A stretch of DNA of 64,000 nucleotides from an uncultured Calditrichota bacterium (GTDB lineage Bacteria > Calditrichota > Calditrichia > JAJRVZ01). The notes under the pieces were generated by a model that saw nothing but the letters and a program-made list of their open reading frames with translations, was not told where the DNA came from and made no database searches. A program made the translations under genes and the position numbers. This document shows, in pieces, positions 36,945-45,505 of the stretch; within the stretch, counting starts at the first letter, position 1; each line of letters opens with the position of its first letter. The DNA lies in NCBI GenBank assembly GCA_964489835.1, contig CAZBBC010000001.1:71564-135563 (forward strand), written 5' to 3'.

Positions 36945-37519
36945 AACTGACACAAGAAGAGAAAATATTTTTACTTTCATTGGCAAGAAAAGCCATTTCT
37001 TTAAAAACAGAAAATAAAAAATTTCCACAATCCCAATATTTTTCGGAAGCCTTAGGACAATTGGCGGGTGTATTTGTAACCCTGAATAAAAACAACCAAT
37101 TGCGCGGATGTATTGGATATGTTGAAGGCATTAAACCTCTTCAAACCGCAGTGGAAGAGATGGCAATTGCTGCCGCCTTTAATGATCCTCGTTTCCCGCC
37201 GCTTGAAAAAGAGGAAATGGAAGATCTTGCCATAGAAATTTCAGTTTTATCACCCCTAAAAATAATCGATGATATCAATAAGATTGATGTTGGAAAACAT
37301 GGTCTAATCGTCGAAAACGGCTTACATCGGGGACTGCTGTTACCGCAGGTTGCCGTTGAATACAATTGGAACAACATTTCTTTTTTAGAATATACCTGCC
37401 AAAAGGCGGGACTGTCTACCGATGCCTGGAAAGATGAAAGCACAAAAATTCAGGTATTTTCAGCCGAAATTTTTTCAGAATCGGAGCTGGCTCAGCACAA
37501 GAAAGATTACTCTGATTAG
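36932..37519 (+). CDS. amrA: AmmeMemoRadiSam system protein A (AMMECR1 domain)
   Basis: GVFVTLNKNNQLRGCIGYVEGIKPL ... AAFNDPRFPPL ... HGLIV ... GLLLPQV is the AMMECR1 signature. It overlaps amrB by 13 nt. Confidence 0.9.
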   Translation: MRELKLTQEEKIFLLSLARKAISLKTENKKFPQSQYFSEALGQLAGVFVTLNKNNQLRGCIGYVEGIKPLQTAVEEMAIAAAFNDPRFPPLEKEEMEDLAIEISVLSPLKIIDDINKIDVGKHGLIVENGLHRGLLLPQVAVEYNWNNISFLEYTCQKAGLSTDAWKDESTKIQVFSAEIFSESELAQHKKDYSD

Positions 37520-37545
37520 ATAGTAGTATTGTTACCATGTTGATT

Positions 37546-37693
37546 GTTTTTTGACAGGATTAACAGGATAAACAAGATATAAAATAAATTCTTAAGATTA
37601 ATAAGTGTACTTGGTTAAAAATATAGCCGACTGAAAAATAATCACCAAGAGACAAATCAAATCCAGTAAATCCCGTTATCCTGTCAAAAATAA
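37546..37693. repeat. inverted pair of 9-bp-periodic ATCC(T/C)GT-type micro-repeat arrays flanked by A/T runs
   Basis: Left arm: ttttttGACAGGATTAACAGGATAAACAAGATA (37546-37577). Right arm: AAATCCAGTAAATCCCGTTATCCTGTCaaaaataaaaa (37659-37695). The arms are imperfect reverse complements, each made of three 9-bp units. They lie between the convergent amrA and SSS genes. Confidence 0.75.
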
Positions 37694-37780
37694 AAATGTT
37701 TTAGGATCATTTTATAAAAAACCACAGATGCCCAAGAATTAAAGTCACCACCTACCCATCATGATTTTATTGCAATGGAA

Positions 37781-39307
37781 TTATGTTTTAAACCTTTGCC
37801 ATATATTTCCTGTAATGATGCATGTCAGAGAACCAATCACGACAAACCAGGTCCAATGAACAATAGCTGGTATGCCTAATAATTTTGGGATCAGAATAAT
37901 CATTAGCATTACCAAAATCCCTGAAGTAAAACCGGCGATGGCGGCGGGTTGTTTGATATTCTTGAAAAAACGACCAAGTAAAAATGTACCCAGCAAACCA
38001 CCGTATGTTATGGACGCAATCCCCAGGGCGATTTCCACGACAGATTGTTGAACCTGAATAAAAAGAAAAGCAACAAGGGTCAAAATTACAGCCCAGACAA
38101 TGGTTAGTATTCGTGATATAATTAAATCATGTTTATCATTCTTTTCTTGAGCAAAGAACGGTTTGTATAAATCTAACATCGAAGAAGAAGAAAGTGAACT
38201 TATCGATCCGGCAAGGGTTGACATCGCCGCCGCCAATAATGCGGCGATGATAATACCTTTTATACCGACCGGTAAATAGTGGATAATAAAAAAAGGAAAA
38301 ATTTCATCTGCTTTATGGAAGGGAGCCATCGGGTCAGTCAGAGAAACACCCTTGAAATATACATATAGCAATAAACCGATAATCAAAAAGAGAACAAACT
38401 GGAATATAACTAGCACCCCACTGCCGATGATTGCTTTTTGACTATCTTTTAAAGTTTTGGTTGTTAATAATCTTTGAACGATCAGCTGATCTGTTCCGTG
38501 TGAAGCCATTGAAAGAAATGTTCCCCCGATCAAACTGGCAATAATAGTGTATGGTTTTCTGAAAAAGTCTCCAATATTTTCACCAAGATTGAAATTAAAT
38601 ATTTCTGTTTTTTGACCCAGCATTTGCATGGTCCCAGACGAAGGAAGACTATTTAATAAAATAATCAATGCGAGGATTGCACCTCCGATATAGATTGTCA
38701 TTTGTAATACATCTGCCCAGATAACACCTTTTACGCCCCCCGTATAAGTGTAAATCAAACTGACCAGAGTTATGATAATAATCGCCACGATATAGATCTT
38801 GAAATTACTCCACCGGGAAAAATAGGAAGTTGATTTAAAGATTATTGCCAGAGGAATAGCCGTTGCAAAAAGACGAACACCGTCCGCAGCGACCCGCGTA
38901 AACAGAAATACCGAGGAAGCATACCGTCGTGTTATATTACCAAATCGATTTTCCAGGTAAGTATAGGCGGTCGCCAGCTCACCCTTGCGATAGGACGGCA
39001 AGAAAAATACTGCGACTAAAATACGGGCAATTAAATATCCGATGGTAAGTTGCAGGAAATTCAGATTTGATATATAGGCCAGACCGGGAATACTGATAAA
39101 AGTCAGGCTGCTGGTTTCAGCTGCGACGATGGAAAAGGAGACCGCCCACCAGGGCACGCTTTTTCCACCCATGAAATAATCTTTGGTTGACTTTTGTTTC
39201 CCGCCAGCAAGTGACCCGATCAGTGCTACCGTGACCAGATACATGATTATAATGAGGGAATCAATGGCCGAAATTTCCAAAAATTTACTCCATAGATTTT
39301 TTGTCAA
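37781..39307 (-). CDS. sodium:solute symporter (SSS) family transporter
   Basis: 508 aa and polytopic. YFMGGKSVPWWAVSFSIVAAETSSLTFISIPGLAY is the SSS N-terminal signature. The start overlaps the tex stop by 23 nt. Confidence 0.85.
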   Translation of the reverse strand: MTKNLWSKFLEISAIDSLIIIMYLVTVALIGSLAGGKQKSTKDYFMGGKSVPWWAVSFSIVAAETSSLTFISIPGLAYISNLNFLQLTIGYLIARILVAVFFLPSYRKGELATAYTYLENRFGNITRRYASSVFLFTRVAADGVRLFATAIPLAIIFKSTSYFSRWSNFKIYIVAIIIITLVSLIYTYTGGVKGVIWADVLQMTIYIGGAILALIILLNSLPSSGTMQMLGQKTEIFNFNLGENIGDFFRKPYTIIASLIGGTFLSMASHGTDQLIVQRLLTTKTLKDSQKAIIGSGVLVIFQFVLFLIIGLLLYVYFKGVSLTDPMAPFHKADEIFPFFIIHYLPVGIKGIIIAALLAAAMSTLAGSISSLSSSSMLDLYKPFFAQEKNDKHDLIISRILTIVWAVILTLVAFLFIQVQQSVVEIALGIASITYGGLLGTFLLGRFFKNIKQPAAIAGFTSGILVMLMIILIPKLLGIPAIVHWTWFVVIGSLTCIITGNIWQRFKT

Positions 39308-41471
39308 GGTTAAATTTCATGCTAAGTGCAATACGTTCACGTTCAATATCGATGGAAAGCACTTTTACATCAACCACATCACCCACCTGTACAATATCGT
39401 AAGGAGATTTAGTATAGCGCGTGGTCAGATTGCTGATATGAACCAAGCCGTCATGTTTTACTCCAATATCAACAAACGCCCCAAAATCAACGACATTTCG
39501 TACGGTACCTTTTAATATCATTCCCTCTTTCAAATCCTCCATTTGAAGTACATCCTGTCGGAAGATCGGTTTAGGCATTTCGTCACGGGGATCCCTACCC
39601 GGTTTTTCTAAATCATTTAATATGTCTATTAATGTAGGTAAGCCACAGGCCATTTCCTCTGCCAGTTTGTCCAGCGATATTTTTTCCCGGGTTATTTTCT
39701 CTTTTAAATGATATCCCCCTTGATTTATATCAGAAACAGAAAATTTTTCTAAAAGTTTACGGGTTATGTCATAGGATTCCGGATGAATAGAGGTCGCATC
39801 CAGGGGATTACTCCCATTGGAAATACGTAAAAATCCGGCAGCTTGCTCAAAAGCGGTTTGACCAATACCGGAAACCTTTTTAATCTCTTCGCGATTGTTA
39901 AAGGGACCGGTGTTTTCCCGGTAAGATACTATTTTTTCAGCCGTCTTTTTATTTAAACCGGAAATATGCATTAGAAGTGATTGCGAAGCAGTATTAAGAT
40001 CCACACCAACAAGATTTACGCAGGATTCTACCACTCTATCCAGAGCTTCTGTAAGCATTTTTTGGTTTATATCATGCTGGTAGAGACCAACGCCGATACT
40101 TTTTGGATCTATTTTTACCAGTTCCGCCAGAGGGTCCAGTAAGCGCCGGGCGATAGAAATATTTCCCCGCATACTGGCTTCCAGGTCCGGGAATTCTATT
40201 TTTGCTATTTCTGAAGCCGAATAAACAGAAGCACCGGCTTCACTGACTACGACATAGACAACTTCTTTTTCTGACTTTATTTCTTTAATAAGGTCAGTAA
40301 CCATTAACTCCGTTTCCCGGCAAGCGGTGCCATTCCCAATCGCGATAATGTCTATTTTGTACTGGTCGATTAAATCCCTTAAAGTTGATTTTGCCTTGAA
40401 ATATTCTTTTTGCGGTGGATGAGGAAAAATGGTCTCCCCTTTCAGATATTTACCGGTTTCGTCAATAACGGCCACTTTACAGCCTGTCCGGAAACCGGGA
40501 TCAATACCCATAATTCGTTTTTTACTGACAGGGGATTGCAGAAGTAAGTTTTTAAGATTTACGGAGAAAATACTGATGGCGTGTTTTTCTGCCCTTTCTG
40601 TCATTTGAGACCGGATTTCGCGGTGAACAGCGGGGGCAATTAAACGGATATATGAATCTTTTATTGTAGCCAGAAGTTCGTCATAAAAAATGGATTGATC
40701 ATTTGTCAAAAATTCTTCCTGTATGATTTGATAAACGGTTTCGATGTCAATATCCATGTCCACTTTAAGAGATGATTCCTTCTCTCCGCGGTTGATTGCT
40801 AAAATGCGGTGAGGGGGAATATGCTTAATCGGCTCTTTATAATCTGCATACATCTCATAATCACGATTCTCTGATTTGTCTCTCACTTTTGATTGAATAA
40901 GACCTTGTTTGTTTATCAAATCGCGGATTTTTTTCCGGATTTCTGCATTTTCGGATATTATTTCTGCCAGGATGTCCTTTGCACCGGATAAGGCCTCTTC
41001 CGCTGTATTAACATCTTTCTCAGGATTTATATAATGCGAACATATCTCTAAAGGCTCACCCTCAGTTATTTCCTGGGAAAAAATTATTTGAGCCAACGGT
41101 TCAAGACCTTTCTCTCTGGCCACACTGGCGCGTGTTTTCTTTTTCGGCCGGTACGGCAGGTACAGATCTTCGAGCTCCTGCAATTTATAAGTTGCTTCGA
41201 TCTTCTTTTTAAGTTCCGGAGTCAGTTTACCCTGCTCTTCTATTGAATGAAGAATCGTTTGTTTACGAGCTTCGACCGTACGCAGGTATTTCACTTCTTC
41301 CTGTATTTTTCTGATTTGCTCCTCATCCAGGCTTCCGGTTTTTTCTTTGCGATAGCGTGAAATAAATGGCACCGTTTGATCATCATCCAACATCTCGACA
41401 GTATTGCGGATCTGGATAACCTTCAGGTGTAAATCATCGGCGATCATTTGATATAGATTTTCTTCTGTCAT
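39285..41471 (-). CDS. tex: transcription accessory protein Tex (YqgF/RuvC-like, HhH and S1 domains)
   Basis: 728 aa. N-terminal TVPFISRYRKEKTGSLDEEQIR, YqgF-like MGIDPGFRTGCKVAVID, an HhH region and a C-terminal S1 domain (GTVRNVVDFGAFVDIGVKHDGLVHIS). Confidence 0.93.
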   Translation of the reverse strand: MTEENLYQMIADDLHLKVIQIRNTVEMLDDDQTVPFISRYRKEKTGSLDEEQIRKIQEEVKYLRTVEARKQTILHSIEEQGKLTPELKKKIEATYKLQELEDLYLPYRPKKKTRASVAREKGLEPLAQIIFSQEITEGEPLEICSHYINPEKDVNTAEEALSGAKDILAEIISENAEIRKKIRDLINKQGLIQSKVRDKSENRDYEMYADYKEPIKHIPPHRILAINRGEKESSLKVDMDIDIETVYQIIQEEFLTNDQSIFYDELLATIKDSYIRLIAPAVHREIRSQMTERAEKHAISIFSVNLKNLLLQSPVSKKRIMGIDPGFRTGCKVAVIDETGKYLKGETIFPHPPQKEYFKAKSTLRDLIDQYKIDIIAIGNGTACRETELMVTDLIKEIKSEKEVVYVVVSEAGASVYSASEIAKIEFPDLEASMRGNISIARRLLDPLAELVKIDPKSIGVGLYQHDINQKMLTEALDRVVESCVNLVGVDLNTASQSLLMHISGLNKKTAEKIVSYRENTGPFNNREEIKKVSGIGQTAFEQAAGFLRISNGSNPLDATSIHPESYDITRKLLEKFSVSDINQGGYHLKEKITREKISLDKLAEEMACGLPTLIDILNDLEKPGRDPRDEMPKPIFRQDVLQMEDLKEGMILKGTVRNVVDFGAFVDIGVKHDGLVHISNLTTRYTKSPYDIVQVGDVVDVKVLSIDIERERIALSMKFNLDKKSME

Positions 41472-41523
41472 GGTGATTTATCTTTATGTTTGTGATATTA
41501 ATATCAACATTCATGTATTTGAT

Positions 41524-41547
41524 AGAGACGTTGCATATAACGTCTCT
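41524..41547. repeat. perfect 9-bp-stem palindrome AGAGACGTT-gcatat-AACGTCTCT
   Basis: Read directly from the sequence. It lies in the tex/nth divergent intergenic region, about 55 bp upstream of the tex start. Confidence 0.8.
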
Positions 41548-41764
41548 GCCTTATGACCAAGACAACAATATCTTTATTATCATAAAATTCAATCATGTTC
41601 TGCGCAATATTTCTACCTTTTGATCAATGACCGGGTCAAATTCAGTAATTTTTATTACATTCGCAATAATAAAATTTACGTGTCAATCATAATGTCTCAC
41701 AACAAACGAATAAGGATAAATTTTAAATATTTAATTAAATTGAATCAAACCGGATGATTAAAAC

Positions 41765-42403
41765 ATGTTAGATAAGCCCGAAATACGAAAGGTACTCCTT
41801 TTATTAAATAAACAATATGCCACTACAAAAACAGCCCTTCAGTATGGGACCCCTTTCCAGCTGCTTATTTCGACCATACTAGCGGCACAGAGTACCGATA
41901 AACAAGTCAATATCATTACTAAAGAGTTATTTAAATATTATCCGGATGCAAAAAGTTATTTGCAATTATCTCTGGCGGAACTTGAAGATAAAATCAGGAC
42001 AGTTGGGCTGTATAAATCGAAAGCAAGAAATATCCTCACGACTTGTCAGATGCTTATAGAAAAATACCGGGGCGAAATCCCCCTGACCCGAGAAAAATTG
42101 ATGGAATTACCCGGGGTAGGACGAAAAACCGCTAATGTGGTTTTAAGTATCGTTACCGATTTTAAAGCGATTGCCGTTGATACTCATGTCTTTCGAGTTT
42201 CCAATCGTATCGGTCTGGCTGCGGCAAGAGATGTGCGTAGAACGGAAGAAGATTTGATGAAAAATATTCCCCAGGAGGATTGGTCGGATGCCCACCACTG
42301 GTTGATCTGGCATGGCCGGAAGATTTGCCGCGCGCGAAATCCATTGTGCGAGACCTGTTTTCTTCGTAATTATTGTCTTTATAATAAATTCAAGAATGGC
42401 TAA
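41765..42403 (+). CDS. nth: endonuclease III (DNA-(apurinic or apyrimidinic site) lyase)
   Basis: HhH-GPD motif LPGVGRKTANVVL, catalytic Lys/Asp context and the C-terminal 4Fe-4S cluster loop CRARNPLCETCFLRNYC. Confidence 0.93.
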   Translation: MLDKPEIRKVLLLLNKQYATTKTALQYGTPFQLLISTILAAQSTDKQVNIITKELFKYYPDAKSYLQLSLAELEDKIRTVGLYKSKARNILTTCQMLIEKYRGEIPLTREKLMELPGVGRKTANVVLSIVTDFKAIAVDTHVFRVSNRIGLAAARDVRRTEEDLMKNIPQEDWSDAHHWLIWHGRKICRARNPLCETCFLRNYCLYNKFKNG

Positions 42404-42560
42404 AAAAAATACCCTTACCATCATTGTAAATTCCTCTTCAGAGGAATGAAGCAATCTCTGATCTCTTGTAACTAAATTCTCAAACCACTATATTTCTTTA
42501 TTAAAATTATTTATTTTTGCTCTTACTCAGTAATTATGGACATATAATCAATGATTATAA

Positions 42561-42641
42561 GAGATTGCGTCGTTGCTCATTCTTCGCAACTCGCAATGAT
42601 GTCACAGAATGTGTCATTGCGAGCGTTAGCGGAGCAATCTT
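42561..42641. repeat. REP-like composite palindromic element
   Basis: AGATTGC ... TCGCAATGA (42562-42599) faces TCATTGCGA ... GCAATCT (42614-42640). The outer 7-bp and inner 9-bp arms are perfect complements. A partial related copy (GAGGAATGAAGCAATCTC) sits at 42441-42458, beside an 8-bp-stem hairpin at 42430-42447. Confidence 0.75.
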
Positions 42642-42727
42642 ATAAGTTTTTGCTGGGTTAAGAACAAGATCATTAAAATCTTAATAATTTTGTATTAGCT
42701 TTCATAATTCATTAAGAGAGTTTAACA

Positions 42728-43930
42728 ATGCCTGAATTATCCAATCGTGGTACAGAGATGCCCCCTTCTCCGATTCGTAAACTGGTACCATTCGCCGATA
42801 AGGCTAAGGAACAAGGTAAACATGTTTACCACCTGAACATCGGACAGCCCGATATCAGTACACCGAATACTTATTGGGAAGCGATCAAACACCATGGCCG
42901 TCAGGTACTGGAATATGGTCCCTCGGCCGGTTTAACTTCTTATCGAAATAAACTGATCGAATATTATAAACGTCTCGAAATCTCTCTTGATCTCGACGAC
43001 ATAATTGTTACAACCGGTGGAAGTGAAGCAATAATTTTTGCCTTAATGGCAATTACCGATCCTGATGATGAAATCATCATTCCGGAACCATTCTATACTA
43101 ATTACAATGGTTTTGCGATAGAGGCGGCAGCAAAAGTTGTACCGATAACTTCCAGAATAGAGGATGATTTTCAACTCCCCCCTATCGATACAATTCGCCA
43201 AAAAATTACCCCAAAAACCCGGGCAATTCTAATTTGTAATCCGAATAATCCTACCGGATATGTATATTCTAAAAATGAGCTAGAATCTTTACGCAAAATT
43301 GTGTTAGAACATGATCTTTTTCTTTTAGCCGATGAAGTGTACCGTGAATTTTGTTATGATGGACTAAAACATTTCAGTGCCATGCATCTTTCGGGAATAG
43401 AGGATCGTACGATTTTATTAGACAGTATCTCGAAGAGATACTCAGCCTGTGGAGCACGGATTGGTTGTTTAATATCAAAAAATCATGAGATCACCAATGC
43501 TGCCTTGAAATTTGGAATGGCCAGACTATGTCCGCCAACTCTGGAACAATTAGGAGCCGAGGCTGGTATTGATACAGAAGACGAGTATTTTGAAAAAGTC
43601 TTAAAAGAGTATACAGATCGTAGAGATGTTATGGTTAAGGCTTTACGGGAAATACCTGGGGTTTTGGCGCCAAACCCGAAAGGGGCTTTTTACCTGATCG
43701 CTCGATTACCCGTCGATGATGCCGATAAATTCGCCCAATGGCTACTCACCGATTTTCAGGTAAACGGTGAAACAACAATGATTGCTCCCGCCAATGGTTT
43801 TTATTCAACGGCGGATCTGGGCCGGGACGAAGTTCGTATCGCTTATGTGTTAAATATTGCGGATATTGAAAAAGCAATGAAGATTCTTGCTGAAGGTTTA
43901 AAGGTTTATCCGGGAAGAAAAGAATGGTGA
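42728..43930 (+). CDS. pyridoxal-phosphate-dependent aminotransferase, class I (aspartate/aromatic aminotransferase-like)
   Basis: 400 aa. PSPIRKL N-terminus, NPNNPTG block and PLP-lysine context SISKRYSACGARIG. Substrate specificity cannot be determined by eye. Confidence 0.85.
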   Translation: MPELSNRGTEMPPSPIRKLVPFADKAKEQGKHVYHLNIGQPDISTPNTYWEAIKHHGRQVLEYGPSAGLTSYRNKLIEYYKRLEISLDLDDIIVTTGGSEAIIFALMAITDPDDEIIIPEPFYTNYNGFAIEAAAKVVPITSRIEDDFQLPPIDTIRQKITPKTRAILICNPNNPTGYVYSKNELESLRKIVLEHDLFLLADEVYREFCYDGLKHFSAMHLSGIEDRTILLDSISKRYSACGARIGCLISKNHEITNAALKFGMARLCPPTLEQLGAEAGIDTEDEYFEKVLKEYTDRRDVMVKALREIPGVLAPNPKGAFYLIARLPVDDADKFAQWLLTDFQVNGETTMIAPANGFYSTADLGRDEVRIAYVLNIADIEKAMKILAEGLKVYPGRKEW

Positions 43931-43969
43931 TAAGTGTTTTCCTTTCCTGCTTCCTTTTTCCTACTTCTC

Positions 43970-44002
43970 CTCGTGTTCTTCGAGCCCTTCGTAGTTAAAA
44001 AA
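43970..44002. repeat. three 9-bp units (CTCGTGTTC TTCGAGCCC TTCGTAGTT) followed by an A6 run
   Basis: Read directly from the sequence, in the 77-bp gap between the convergent aminotransferase and HAD hydrolase genes. The architecture (3 x 9 bp plus a homopolymer run) matches the arrays at 21182-21217 and 37659-37695. The unit sequence is only loosely related. Confidence 0.55.
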
Positions 44003-44007
44003 GATCT

Positions 44008-44733
44008 TTAACCGGAGATAATTTTATCTATCAAGTGAGGTAATGCTTCATAGCTGTCAATTGTATAGTCAGCCTGAGAGTTACCGGAGATATTTATATT
44101 GTTACCGATGAATTTTATACTGATACCACCGGCGTCTTTTATACCTTTTACATCGGTATGTTCCAAATCTCCTATATGAATTAATCTGGAGCAATTCACT
44201 TCTAGACTTTTACAGGTTAGTTGAAAAACGGAGGCATGTGGCTTACAATATTTTTGTTCGTCGGAAAATACGAGTGAACGAAAATTTGAAAGCAATTGCT
44301 CTTTTTCTAAAAAGCCACGTATATATTCGCCGGTGATATATCCAGTATCGGAAATAATTCCCAGGGGATATTTTTCTGCTAACTGAGTAACAATTGTTTT
44401 CGCTGAACGAATATTCTGTGGGGGGATCTTGAAAATCAAATTTCCAAAATAATCGGAAATTTGGTTTACTTCATTATCGTTTAAATCAACCCCCAGGATT
44501 TTTGCCATATACTGAATCCGTTCCGACGGCGTCGGAGTTCGCTGTTTATTTTGCCAATTCTGAAGAAACAGGTCCATTGACGCACTAAATGCCGCTTCAA
44601 CGGTTTTGAATTTATATTTTTTGTAATTGGCAATAATTTTGCGAAAATATCCAACCCGTAATTTCTGACGTTTGGATTCGGCCCCATTACCATACAAAGT
44701 ATTCCAGAAATCGAAGGAAATACCGTAATTCAT
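44008..44733 (-). CDS. HAD-superfamily hydrolase
   Basis: 241 aa. Motif I-like ISFDFWNTLY, motif II ISDT and motif IV HIGDLEHTDVKG. Subfamily not assigned. Confidence 0.7.
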   Translation of the reverse strand: MNYGISFDFWNTLYGNGAESKRQKLRVGYFRKIIANYKKYKFKTVEAAFSASMDLFLQNWQNKQRTPTPSERIQYMAKILGVDLNDNEVNQISDYFGNLIFKIPPQNIRSAKTIVTQLAEKYPLGIISDTGYITGEYIRGFLEKEQLLSNFRSLVFSDEQKYCKPHASVFQLTCKSLEVNCSRLIHIGDLEHTDVKGIKDAGGISIKFIGNNINISGNSQADYTIDSYEALPHLIDKIISG

Positions 44734-44737
44734 CTAT

Positions 44738-45496
44738 CTAGAGGTCTTCTAACCTTTCCTGTGCATCTTTTTTATGTTTATCATCATCTGCATCTGATTT
44801 GGGGAGATCCAGACATATTTGATACTCTGCCCGTGCTTCTTCTTCAAGATCCATCATCTCATATGTTATCCCCAATTCCAGGTGATGATTAATATGGTTT
44901 GGCTTGATCTTGATTGCCTTTTGGAATGCAGCGACTGCGTTTTCATCACTTGCATCATCAGGCACGCCCCCGAGAAAAATATCAGCAAATCCTTTCTCGA
45001 TCCAGCTTAAATTGGCCAATTTACGGTTCCATCGCCCAAGTACATGATAGGCAATATCATCCATAGGATCATTTTTAATAGCCAGATCCACTTCCTGTTT
45101 AATTTCTTTAGAAAGTTTGATTCTTTCTTTTGCTCCTGCATCGAGTGCAACTCTACCAAGGGCAATACTTAAAAAAAGGTGACCTTTGGATCCTGTCGAA
45201 TCGATGCGTGTCGCCCGGCGGGCATGCTCGCTACCCTTTTGATAATAATCTGCCCGTTCATCATCGTCCACAATTGTTTCCCCAACATCCACAAAAGCAC
45301 GAGCCGTTTTCCAATTGGCGTCGTAATTCAATGAATCCAGAGAATAAGCAAAAAGATACGCTTTAAGTGCCCCTTTATTATCAAAAATTTGGAAAAGGCT
45401 ATCGCCCACAGCCATCTCTTTGTTTACTTTGTCGCCGGCAATAGCGGAAAAGACAAAAATGCAGCTGAAAATACTGACTGTAATTAATCGTGTCAT
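44738..45496 (-). CDS. secreted tetratricopeptide-like repeat protein
   Basis: Signal peptide MTRLITVSIFSCIFVFSAIA-GD. Helical-repeat composition with TPR-like AxxxY/FxxAxxxxP segments (AVAAFQKAIKIKPNHINHHLELGITYEMM). Confidence 0.55.
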   Translation of the reverse strand: MTRLITVSIFSCIFVFSAIAGDKVNKEMAVGDSLFQIFDNKGALKAYLFAYSLDSLNYDANWKTARAFVDVGETIVDDDERADYYQKGSEHARRATRIDSTGSKGHLFLSIALGRVALDAGAKERIKLSKEIKQEVDLAIKNDPMDDIAYHVLGRWNRKLANLSWIEKGFADIFLGGVPDDASDENAVAAFQKAIKIKPNHINHHLELGITYEMMDLEEEARAEYQICLDLPKSDADDDKHKKDAQERLEDL

Positions 45497-45505
45497 GGGA
45501 ACCTC

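Noticed and set aside
39285-39307. The 23-nt overlap between the tex 3' end and the SSS transporter start, checked as a possible frameshift or fusion.
   Set aside because: Both ORFs are full-length and colinear with their families. The overlap is compatible with an operon. An alternative downstream start for the transporter (Met22) cannot be excluded but is not needed.
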